Part shown: one piece after another, positions 8,658 through 16,561 of the stretch | How the letters are laid out: every line of letters starts with the position of its first letter | Numbering within the stretch: position 1 is the stretch's first letter | Source: a virus | Taxonomy: Duplodnaviria > Caudoviricetes | Reading direction: 5' to 3' (one strand) | IMG/VR virus record: IMGVR_UViG_3300009481_000091 | Coordinates: 1-25,025 of that record | Length of the DNA stretch: 25,025 nucleotides | Notes under the pieces: generated by a model | Told to the model about the DNA's origin: nothing | Seen by the model: the letters and a program-made list of their open reading frames with translations, nothing else | Database searches by the model: none | Made by a program: the position numbers and the translations under genes

Positions 8658-9204
8658 TTTTGTGCATGTAACAAATGTTATATCAAAGCAAATATGTGAA
8701 GATATATTATCAGTTATAAAAAATAAAGAATGGCAAAAACATCAATGGTATAGTAACATTGAAAAAACCAGGACATCGGAAGAAACAAAAGAACTGGATG
8801 TCCAGCCAACAGATGAGTCATTACAAAAAATTTTAACTCCAAGTATTATTGAAGCAGGAAGACAGTATAATCAAAAATTTTCTGTAAAAGAAGATAAAAT
8901 GGCTCAATTTATAAGCACTTTTACTCCAGCTAGATTTAATCGATATGAAAAAGGAACCATGATGAGAAAACATTATGATCATATTCATTCCATATTTGAT
9001 GGACAACGCAAAGGTATTCCAATATTATCTATGCTAGGAATATTAAATAACGATTATGAAGGAGGACAATTTCTAGTAAGAGACAAGGAATTTAAACTAA
9101 AACAGGGAGACATGATTATATTTCCTTCTTGCTTTATGTATCCACATGAGGTAAAAGAAGTTACGAAGGGAACAAGGTTTTCGTTTATTTCTTGGGCTTT
9201 CTAG
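8644..9204 (+). CDS. 2OG-Fe(II) oxygenase, prolyl 4-hydroxylase-like (2OG-FeII_Oxy_3)
   Basis: RY..G....HYD (HxD), LNNDYEGGQF, GDMIIFPS..MYPHEV (distal His) and GTRFS (R-x-S for 2OG binding); AAGGAG RBS upstream. Confidence 0.88.
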   Translation: MQVLDFVHVTNVISKQICEDILSVIKNKEWQKHQWYSNIEKTRTSEETKELDVQPTDESLQKILTPSIIEAGRQYNQKFSVKEDKMAQFISTFTPARFNRYEKGTMMRKHYDHIHSIFDGQRKGIPILSMLGILNNDYEGGQFLVRDKEFKLKQGDMIIFPSCFMYPHEVKEVTKGTRFSFISWAF

Positions 9205-9215
9205 TTGGAGAGGAT

Positions 9216-9539
9216 ATGCTATTAGGTCACACAGCTTTTGTAGAACAGGCTTTTCAAGACGCAAGATTAGACGCCGTGCATAATATTGAATTTGCTGAAA
9301 CTGGATTTGGATTAACTTTTACTCTTGGAACTGAGGTAGCTACAGGTGGAGCAACTGTATCTTCAAGTGGAGACAGTTTAAGTGCTTCATTTAGCATTGG
9401 TGATGAAGATGTATTTGGAACAGCATTTCAAAATTTAATTTCATTTAGCACTGGAAGTCCTGATTTGTTTATATGGAATGAAGTAGATGATTCACAAACA
9501 GCAACGTGGAAAGACGTAGAACCAGGATCAACAGACTAG
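9216..9539 (+). CDS. Hypothetical acidic virion-associated protein, 107 aa (start reassigned to ATG 9216)
   Basis: GGAGAGG upstream of ATG 9216; begins MLLGHTAFVEQAF and ends with W..VDDSQTATW.DV. Confidence 0.6.
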   Translation: MLLGHTAFVEQAFQDARLDAVHNIEFAETGFGLTFTLGTEVATGGATVSSSGDSLSASFSIGDEDVFGTAFQNLISFSTGSPDLFIWNEVDDSQTATWKDVEPGSTD

Positions 9540-9548
9540 GAGATAACA

Positions 9549-10016
9549 ATGGCGGATGATGCAAGTGTTTCAATAACAGTTACGGTTTTACCTGACGAAA
9601 TTGCAAAAAGTATAACAGGATCAATGACTGTGACGCCTGATGATGCCAATGATAAATGGTATTACAAATTAACAGCAGTAACAACTACAAGCGCTGATTT
9701 GATAGCTGGTCGTTTTATTGATTATACGGCCGTTGATCAAGATACAGACATGACTGCAATAAGCACGAGTGATAAAGTTAAATTTTTATTTATTAAGAAC
9801 ACAAGTTCAGCAGATGGAATTGTTATATCAATTGATGGTGGAACAGCAGCCAATGATTTAGCAGATGGTATATTTATTGGACCAAGTGAATCTTGGTTTG
9901 CAAGACTACCTAACGTTACTGTTGCAAATATTCACGCGATAAGTTCTGATATTGCAGACGCTGGTGATGCTACGGCAAATTGCATTGTTGCAGCTTTAAT
10001 AGATGATGTGGCATAA
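9549..10016 (+). CDS. Hypothetical acidic beta-rich structural protein
   Basis: 155 aa with AGGAG RBS, A/D/T/I-rich, located inside the tail operon. Confidence 0.6.
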   Translation: MADDASVSITVTVLPDEIAKSITGSMTVTPDDANDKWYYKLTAVTTTSADLIAGRFIDYTAVDQDTDMTAISTSDKVKFLFIKNTSSADGIVISIDGGTAANDLADGIFIGPSESWFARLPNVTVANIHAISSDIADAGDATANCIVAALIDDVA

Positions 10017-10021
10017 GGAGG
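10014..10021 (+). promoter_or_regulatory. Shine-Dalgarno site TAAGGAGG, overlapping the upstream stop codon
   Basis: Full anti-SD complement 5 nt upstream of ATG 10027. Confidence 0.8.
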
Positions 10022-10026
10022 AATAG

Positions 10027-11028
10027 ATGGCATCAACATATTCAAGTATTCTTAATCTCGAACTTCAAGCAACAGGAGAAAATTCGGGAACATGGGGTAC
10101 AAAAACAAATAGTAATTTACAGAAATTAGAATCAGCGATTAAAGGTTATGTGTCTATTGCTATTGCAAGCACAACCGATTCACTTGACACATCAGACGGA
10201 TCTACCACAGACGAACAAAGTAACGCTATAATTAAATTAACAGGCACATTGACTGGTAATACAACTATGCAATGTGAAGCGGTAGAATCTTGGTACATTG
10301 TTGATAACGCAACAACCATGGGAACTTATACATTAGGGTTTAAACCAGCGGGCGGAACAGCGACAAATCTTGTATCTAGTTCTAAACATTTATTATATTC
10401 TGATGGTTCTACAATGTTTGATGTATTAGGGGATTGTGGAAATATCTCAGCTAATGGAACATTAACAGTAGCAGGAAATGTTAGTTTAAATGGTGGAACA
10501 TTTATTTTTAACGAAGATTCTGCTGATTTAGATTTTAGAATAGAAGGAAACGGTGATGCCAATTTATTTTTTACAGATGCAGGAAATGATCGTGTAGGAA
10601 TTAAAACTGGTTCGCCTTCAACTGAATTACACGTTGTAGGTGGTGTAAAAGCCACAGGTGCAATTGACTTTGATGGTGGTGGATTTACATTTAATGAATC
10701 TGGTGCATCAGTAGATTTTAGAGCAGAAACAAATACATTAGCAAATGCTTTCTTTATAGATGGTTCCGCGGATAAAATTGGTTTTGGAACAAACTCTCCA
10801 GCAGATGCTTTAGTAGAAATAAATCAAGCAAATAGTTCAGCAGGAACTGCTTGTTTATCTTTAGATCAAGATGATACAGATCAAGAGTTTATTAAGTTTG
10901 ATGGCACAAGTAATTCTGATCAAAGTTCAAGTATTACAACAGATACGAGTGTAGGATCATTAACAGGACATATTCGTGTCAATGTTAATGGCACTGATTT
11001 TTGGATACCTTACTACGCAACTAACTAG
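10027..11028 (+). CDS. Tail fibre / tail-attached protein
   Basis: N-terminus MASTYS..LNLELQATGENSGTWG..TN.NL resembles fibre attachment domains; two internal FNE..A.[LV]DFR.E....N.FF.D...D[RK][VI]G..T.SP repeats; C-terminal IRVNVNGTDFWIPYY. Confidence 0.7.
   Translation: MASTYSSILNLELQATGENSGTWGTKTNSNLQKLESAIKGYVSIAIASTTDSLDTSDGSTTDEQSNAIIKLTGTLTGNTTMQCEAVESWYIVDNATTMGTYTLGFKPAGGTATNLVSSSKHLLYSDGSTMFDVLGDCGNISANGTLTVAGNVSLNGGTFIFNEDSADLDFRIEGNGDANLFFTDAGNDRVGIKTGSPSTELHVVGGVKATGAIDFDGGGFTFNESGASVDFRAETNTLANAFFIDGSADKIGFGTNSPADALVEINQANSSAGTACLSLDQDDTDQEFIKFDGTSNSDQSSSITTDTSVGSLTGHIRVNVNGTDFWIPYYATN
10492..10800 (+). repeat. Two diverged fibre repeats with a 61-aa (183 nt) period
   Basis: GGTFIFNEDSADLDFRIE... 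at 10492 and GGGFTFNESGASVDFRAE... at 10675. Confidence 0.8.
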
Positions 11029-11036
11029 GAGTATAT

Positions 11037-12917
11037 ATGCCGTTAACAAAACTGCAAATATCCCCTGGTATCGACAAACAAAATACAGAATACGGTGCCG
11101 AGGGACGTTGGATTGATTGTGATAACGTTCGTTTTCGTTATGGTCTACCAGAAAAAATTGGTGGTTGGGTAAAAGTAACAACTGATTATCTTATTGGCGC
11201 AACACGTGCCATCCTTACATGGTCTAGTAATGAAGGTGTTAACTATGCCATATATGGAACTAATAAAAAACTTTACGCATATTCAGAAAATAGTTATGCT
11301 GATGTTACGCCTTCGCGCGGGACAGGAAGCATAACACAATTTGAAACAACTAATGCTTCAACAACCGTTATTGTTACGGACGCGGACCACGGAGCATTGA
11401 TTGGTGACTTTGTTACTATATCTAGTGTCAGTGGTGCCATTGGTGGAATTACACAAGCAAATCTTCAAAATGAATTTGAAATTCAAACAGTGCCAAGTGC
11501 TAACACATATACAATAGTGTCACCAGCTGCGGCAACTTCGTCAGCAACCGGCGCAACTGCAACCGCAACATATCAAATTAATTCTGGTCCTGCTATATCA
11601 ATTTATGGATATGGATGGGGAACAGGTGTGTGGAATTCATCAGGAGATTCTGACAAAGGAACATGGGGTAATACTCGTGAAGGATTAACAGGCGCGGACG
11701 CCGTTAATCTAGAATCACATAAATGGGTTCTTGATAACTGGGGTGAAGATGCTTTAGCATTAAAATTTGATGGTGGTTTATATTATTGGGATACATCATC
11801 AGGATTATCTAGTAATGTCGCTTCAACAACTAATGTTTCCAGTGCACCAACAAAATCACGTTTTATGTTAGTCTCTGGTGATGATAGGCATGTTATTTGC
11901 CTTGGAACAGAAACCACGATAGCAGATACTTCTACACAAGATAATATGTTCATTCGTTGGTCTTCACAAGAAACAACAAATACGTGGGTGCCGACGCAAA
12001 CAAATACAGCCGGATCTCATCGATTAACATCAGGAAATAAAATTCAAACAGCTGTTCGAAGTAGAGGTGCTGTTCTTATATGGACAGATACGTCCATGTA
12101 TCAAATGCAGTTTATTGGTGCACCTTTTACTTTTGGATTTAAACAGTTAGGTTCTAATTGTGGTGCTATTGGATTGCACTCTGCCATAGATATTAGTGGT
12201 CGAGCATTTTGGATGGGCAATGATTCATTCTTTACTTTTGATGGTGCTGTTAAAAAAATTCCATGTAGTGTGCAAGATTATGTATTTGATGATATTAATC
12301 AAAACGCACAGCACGATGTTTTTTGTGCAGCAAATTCAGACTTTAATGAAGTCATGTGGTTTTATCCATCAAATGGATCTGATCAAATTGATAGACACGT
12401 GACATATAATTATGCAGAAGATTTATGGTATATTGGATCATTAGCAAGAAGCTCATGGGCCGACCGCGGTGTTTATAATAATCCATACGCTACAGAATAC
12501 AGTGCAACAGATACGTCTGCATCAATTTCAACTATTTATGGAACAAAAGAAGGACGCACATTAGTATATGCACATGAAGATGGTGTGAATGCTGATGGTA
12601 GTGCAATGACATCTTATGTTGAATCAGGTGATGTAGATATTGGTGAAGGTGATCAAATTATGTCTATCTCTCGTTTTGTTCCTGATTTTAAAAATCAAGT
12701 GGGGAATGTAGACATAACAATGAAGACACGTCCTTATCCAACAGGAACACAAACAAATCATGGTAGTTTTGCAGTTGCAACAACTACAACGAAACAAGAT
12801 ACACGAATTAGAGGAAGACAAGTAGCCGTGCGTATTGCAAGCGACGCTACAGATGATAAATGGCGTTATGGTACATTACGATTAGATATTAAACCAGATG
12901 GAATGAGAGGCGCATAA
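11037..12917 (+). CDS. Tail hub / packaged-DNA stabilisation protein (P22 gp10-like, tail tubular B-like)
   Basis: 626 aa, W/Y/beta-rich (VRFRYGLPEKIGGW, FIRWSSQE, AFWMG, EVMWFYPS, WRYG.LRLDI.PDG.R). It sits directly before a needle-like gene and the ejection-type genes, as in podovirus gene order. Confidence 0.65.
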   Translation: MPLTKLQISPGIDKQNTEYGAEGRWIDCDNVRFRYGLPEKIGGWVKVTTDYLIGATRAILTWSSNEGVNYAIYGTNKKLYAYSENSYADVTPSRGTGSITQFETTNASTTVIVTDADHGALIGDFVTISSVSGAIGGITQANLQNEFEIQTVPSANTYTIVSPAAATSSATGATATATYQINSGPAISIYGYGWGTGVWNSSGDSDKGTWGNTREGLTGADAVNLESHKWVLDNWGEDALALKFDGGLYYWDTSSGLSSNVASTTNVSSAPTKSRFMLVSGDDRHVICLGTETTIADTSTQDNMFIRWSSQETTNTWVPTQTNTAGSHRLTSGNKIQTAVRSRGAVLIWTDTSMYQMQFIGAPFTFGFKQLGSNCGAIGLHSAIDISGRAFWMGNDSFFTFDGAVKKIPCSVQDYVFDDINQNAQHDVFCAANSDFNEVMWFYPSNGSDQIDRHVTYNYAEDLWYIGSLARSSWADRGVYNNPYATEYSATDTSASISTIYGTKEGRTLVYAHEDGVNADGSAMTSYVESGDVDIGEGDQIMSISRFVPDFKNQVGNVDITMKTRPYPTGTQTNHGSFAVATTTTKQDTRIRGRQVAVRIASDATDDKWRYGTLRLDIKPDGMRGA

Positions 12918-13306
12918 TGTCATTAATTACAGTGCCTTTGTTACCACAAGCAACAGAACAATATGATCAATCACAAATGGCACAACTTATACAAACATTG
13001 GAACAAATGATATTTGTTTTAAATAACACATATGCTCCTGAAGCTGCACGTGCTGATGATGAAGCTTTTTCTTTTTTTATGGGGGATTCACCTTCTACAC
13101 AAGAAACTGATACAAGCACAATGGAATCTAACATAACAACAAATACAAATAATATATCGACAAATACAAGCAATATATCAACAAACGCAACTAATATAAC
13201 AACAGCAAATACAAATATTACAACAGCAAATACAAATATTACCAATCTACAATCAAAAGTAAGTGCTTTAGAAAAACAAGTTAGATATTTAATAGCGACT
13301 AGATAA
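12917..13306 (+). CDS. Tail needle-like trimeric coiled-coil protein (P22 gp26-like by position and heptads)
   Basis: 129 aa; heptads TNTNNIS/TNTSNIS/TNATNIT/TANTNIT/TANTNIT then NLQSKVSALEKQV; TAATG-coupled to the hub gene. Confidence 0.55.
   Translation: MSLITVPLLPQATEQYDQSQMAQLIQTLEQMIFVLNNTYAPEAARADDEAFSFFMGDSPSTQETDTSTMESNITTNTNNISTNTSNISTNATNITTANTNITTANTNITNLQSKVSALEKQVRYLIATR
13139..13243 (+). repeat. 21-nt tandem repeat, five copies, encoding heptads
   Basis: acaaatacaaataatatatcg / acaaatacaagcaatatatca / acaaacgcaactaatataaca / acagcaaatacaaatattaca / acagcaaatacaaatattacc. Confidence 0.9.
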
Positions 13307-13632
13307 TGGCTAATGTATATACAAATTATAAAGTTGATCTTTCAACAAACAGTGAAACAACTGTTTACACGGTTCCATCTGAAAGAACAGCGATTATACG
13401 ATCAATTCGTATTTCAAACGATGATGTAGACAACGCATGTACTGTTACTTTAACTTTAACAAATTCAAGTTCAGCTGTATTTTCTTTAGAAAAAAATCTT
13501 AGTATAGCAGCTAAAACGTCTGAGGAAATATTAAAAGCTGCCTTAGTAGCTAAAGAATCAGAGATAATTAAAGCCACTCCACAAAATGCTAATGATCTAC
13601 ATATAATTTTAAGTGTGTTAGAAATATCATAA
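13306..13632 (+). CDS. Small beta-rich virion protein (putative needle tip or knob); paralog of 865-1230
   Basis: 108 aa with VYTVPS..TAII.SI.ISN.D ... AN.L....SVLEI; TAATG-coupled to the needle gene. Confidence 0.6.
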   Translation: MANVYTNYKVDLSTNSETTVYTVPSERTAIIRSIRISNDDVDNACTVTLTLTNSSSAVFSLEKNLSIAAKTSEEILKAALVAKESEIIKATPQNANDLHIILSVLEIS

Positions 13633-13754
13633 TGCCTAAAAAAATAGAAAAAAAATTAAAAAAACAAGCTAATAAAAAAGGTTTAAGTAAAAAAAGAGCA
13701 AACGCCTATGTTTATGGGACAATGAGAAAAATGGGCTGGAAACCTAAAAAGTAA
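13632..13754 (+). CDS. Small highly basic protein, 40 aa (not in the ORF track)
   Basis: The ATG overlaps the upstream TAA (TAATG). It translates MPKKIEKKLKKQANKKGLSKKRANAYVYGTMRKMGWKPKK and fills the gap in the operon. Confidence 0.75.
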   Translation: MPKKIEKKLKKQANKKGLSKKRANAYVYGTMRKMGWKPKK

Positions 13755-13772
13755 TTGCAAAAGGATGGGAAA

Positions 13773-14003
13773 ATGAGTATAAAAGATGAAAACGTATTAG
13801 TAGGAAAAAAACCGGCTAAAAACACTCCGGTAGAGACACAAACAACCGTTACTAACACGCAAACAGGTAAAAAATACGCCGATGAGAAAGAGGCTCAAGC
13901 GGACGTCAATAACCCTGCAACTTCCACAACAGCGAATGACATTAAACGCGATGTTGCGATCAAAGTGAATCAACTTGATATATTTGGAGAGGTAAATAAT
14001 TAA
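13773..14003 (+). CDS. Hypothetical protein, 76 aa (start reassigned from TTG 13755 to ATG 13773)
   Basis: Purine-rich AAGGATGGGA upstream of ATG 13773; the stop abuts the next ATG; core TNTQTGKKYADEKEAQADV. Confidence 0.6.
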   Translation: MSIKDENVLVGKKPAKNTPVETQTTVTNTQTGKKYADEKEAQADVNNPATSTTANDIKRDVAIKVNQLDIFGEVNN

Positions 14004-15614
14004 ATGCAGGGACTAGAGTCGCTTAATCAATTTCAGAATTTTGTATCATCTTTAGGTGGTCTTGGCCGCTTTGAGGATACGTATATGATACACGCCGCAG
14101 AAGGCGAGACCGTTGTTCCAATGGAGGTTTTAAATCAAAACCCTTTATTGAAAGAACGTTTGTTTGAATCTATGCGTGATATGGGCATACAACCAGAAAG
14201 ATATATTGTAGGTAGTGAATTTAATTCTAAAAATCCTGTAACAGGGCAACCAGAATTTTTTTTAAAAAGAATTAAAAAAGCTATTGCTGATGTATCAGGA
14301 TATGCAGCACCTATTGTAGGTGCAATGTATGGTCCAGCGGCAGGCGCTTTAACAGGCGCTGCAATGGGTGCTTTCAAAAGAGAAAACCCAGGTGATCCTA
14401 ATAAAGCATTACAAACAGCATTACTTGGTGGTGGTTCCGGAGTAGCAGGAAATATACTTGCTGGTGATAGAGGAATGGATATTTTTACGGGTCCAGGTTA
14501 TTTTCAAGGAGATTGGAGATCTTTAGGAAATAAATTTAGATTAGGAGATATGGGAATAGGAGATGCATTAGGTTCTGGCATATCTGGAGTAGGAGATTTA
14601 TTAAGTTCTGGAGGAACTGGAATAGGAAGTTTATTAAGTTCTGGCATATCTGGAGTAGGAGATTTATTAAGTTCTGGCATATCTGGAGTAGGAGATTTAT
14701 TATCTGGGGCAACAACATTATTAAATTTTAAAGGTGAAAAAAAGACATTAGATCAAGTGTCTATGGAAGAATTTGGTAAAACTTATGAAGAGTTAGATTC
14801 TTTTCAAAAAGAAGCTATTCTTAAAAAAGATAGAAGTGGAGGAGCTAATTTTGGAAAGTTAGCAGGCTTATTAGGTCTTGGAACTTTAATTGGTGGTAAA
14901 TTAATTGGGGAACCAGAAGACATTACTATTGATGAAAGTAGACTAAGAACACCATCAATTGACACTGGACAAGTATTTAGCCCAACACAACCAACGACTG
15001 TATACACAGATTATGATATTCCTATTGTGCCATACCAAGCAGCAGAAGGTGGAATTATAGGAAATCCTCATAAAGAAAGACCAGATAGAATTCCTTTAAA
15101 TGATGAAATGAAAGATCAAATGTATGATTTTCTTTTAAACTTTATGATGAAAAAACGAATGGAAGAAGAAATGGAAAAAAAATTTAGAATAACTCCATTT
15201 GATCCTGAAGCACCAATGGAAGTGGCAGATGGTGGAATTATTGATTATTTTAAATCTTTTTTTAAGGATCCGGTAAAAGATCCTGCAACGGGAGAGGGAA
15301 CAGTATCAACTTTACAAAGAAAAAAATTTGAAATGTTGAATAATTTAAAAAGATCAGATCTTCCATATGATGAAGAGGAATATTTAAGACTTAAAGAATT
15401 ATTAGGTAAAGCTCATGGTGGAGTTATGGATTTACGCGGTGGAGGATTTTCACTGGGTCCTGGAACAGAAAAAAGTGATTCTATTCCAGCAATGCTAAGC
15501 GACGGAGAATTTGTCATGACGGCTAAAGCAGTCAGGGGTGCAGGCGGAGGAGACCGTCGCGAAGGCGCAAGAAAAATGTATGAAGCAATGGACAGATTGG
15601 AGGCGAAAGCATAA
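14004..15614 (+). CDS. Putative internal virion / DNA ejection protein with a tape-measure-like GPGT..SDSIPA.LSDGEFV motif
   Basis: 536 aa; GGAGAGG RBS; Gly-rich hydrophobic segments (AAPIVGAMYGPAAGALTGAAMGAF; LAGLLGLGTLIGG); 11-aa repeats; three A-x-GG motifs. Confidence 0.6.
   Translation: MQGLESLNQFQNFVSSLGGLGRFEDTYMIHAAEGETVVPMEVLNQNPLLKERLFESMRDMGIQPERYIVGSEFNSKNPVTGQPEFFLKRIKKAIADVSGYAAPIVGAMYGPAAGALTGAAMGAFKRENPGDPNKALQTALLGGGSGVAGNILAGDRGMDIFTGPGYFQGDWRSLGNKFRLGDMGIGDALGSGISGVGDLLSSGGTGIGSLLSSGISGVGDLLSSGISGVGDLLSGATTLLNFKGEKKTLDQVSMEEFGKTYEELDSFQKEAILKKDRSGGANFGKLAGLLGLGTLIGGKLIGEPEDITIDESRLRTPSIDTGQVFSPTQPTTVYTDYDIPIVPYQAAEGGIIGNPHKERPDRIPLNDEMKDQMYDFLLNFMMKKRMEEEMEKKFRITPFDPEAPMEVADGGIIDYFKSFFKDPVKDPATGEGTVSTLQRKKFEMLNNLKRSDLPYDEEEYLRLKELLGKAHGGVMDLRGGGFSLGPGTEKSDSIPAMLSDGEFVMTAKAVRGAGGGDRREGARKMYEAMDRLEAKA
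14553..14708 (+). repeat. 33-nt tandem repeat (about 4.7 copies) encoding the 11-aa unit GVGDLLSSGIS
   Basis: ggagtaggagatttattaagttctggcatatct and close variants start at 14553, 14586, 14619, 14652 and 14685. Confidence 0.92.
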
Positions 15615-16561
15615 TGGCAACGCAAGAAACATTACAACAATTACAATATCCTAAGTTTATAAGCGATCGTCAACAACAAATGCTGAATACGCTTTTTGGC
15701 ACAACAGCTGGCGGCGGACTTTTAGGACAAGCACAACAAATTCCTGGACAACAAGTTGCAGGATTTACACCAACACAAACAAGTGCAATGAACTTGGCAA
15801 GTCAAGGCATTGGCACATATCAACCGTATTTGGATGCAGCGCAAGCAGCACAGACCGCGGCTCTTGGAACAACGGGAGCTGGAACACAAGCATTAGCGGG
15901 TATGCAATTTGCTCCGACAGGAGAAGCAATCCAACAATACATGGATCCATATCAACAACAAGTTACACAAGAAGCATTAAAAGAAATGGATCGTCAAGGA
16001 GCCATGGCACAAAACCAATTAGCAGGACAAGCTGTTAGTGCTGGTGCTTTTGGTGGATCACGATTTGGTGTGCAACAAGCAGAACAAACAAGAAATTTAC
16101 AAGATATAAAATCAAGACGAATTTTTGAAGACATGTCTAGAAACTATCAACAAGCTGTTGGTGCAAGGCAAGCGGCTAATGCAGCGCGTACACAACAAGC
16201 ACAAGGCTTTGCTAATTTAGGCAATGTGGCAAGTGGTATTGGACAAAGAACCGGTGCTCTTGGTCAATCACAACAAGCACAACAAGCAGCTGATGTTCAA
16301 CAACAATTAGGTATTGGCGGTATGCAACAACAACTTCAACAACAAGGATTTGATGTTGGTTATCAAAATCAATTAAATGCAATGATGGAACCATATAGAC
16401 GATTATCTTTTGGACAACAAATGATTCAAGGTCTTGCTCCTTTAGGTGGAACAACAACACAAACAGTGGCACCAATGCCAACAACTAATCCATATCTACA
16501 AGCAGCAGGTTCAATTGCTGGTTTAGCGGGTGGACTTGGAAGCTTGATAGGTAATAATTAG
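15614..16561 (+). CDS. Putative DNA ejection / pilot protein, Gln/Ala/Gly-rich helical
   Basis: 315 aa; YMDPYQQQV and AGAFGGSR motifs; C-terminal glycine-zipper-like AAGSIAGLAGGLGSLIG; position matches podoviral ejection genes. Confidence 0.6.
   Translation: MATQETLQQLQYPKFISDRQQQMLNTLFGTTAGGGLLGQAQQIPGQQVAGFTPTQTSAMNLASQGIGTYQPYLDAAQAAQTAALGTTGAGTQALAGMQFAPTGEAIQQYMDPYQQQVTQEALKEMDRQGAMAQNQLAGQAVSAGAFGGSRFGVQQAEQTRNLQDIKSRRIFEDMSRNYQQAVGARQAANAARTQQAQGFANLGNVASGIGQRTGALGQSQQAQQAADVQQQLGIGGMQQQLQQQGFDVGYQNQLNAMMEPYRRLSFGQQMIQGLAPLGGTTTQTVAPMPTTNPYLQAAGSIAGLAGGLGSLIGNN

Noticed and set aside
13638-13696. Poly-A runs as a programmed frameshift site or non-coding spacer
   Set aside because: They are explained by Lys codons of the 40 aa ORF, and the flanking genes are intact.
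13849-13900. TNTQTGKKYADEKEA as a NUMOD1-like DNA-binding motif
   Set aside because: The resemblance is short and superficial, and no nuclease domain is present.
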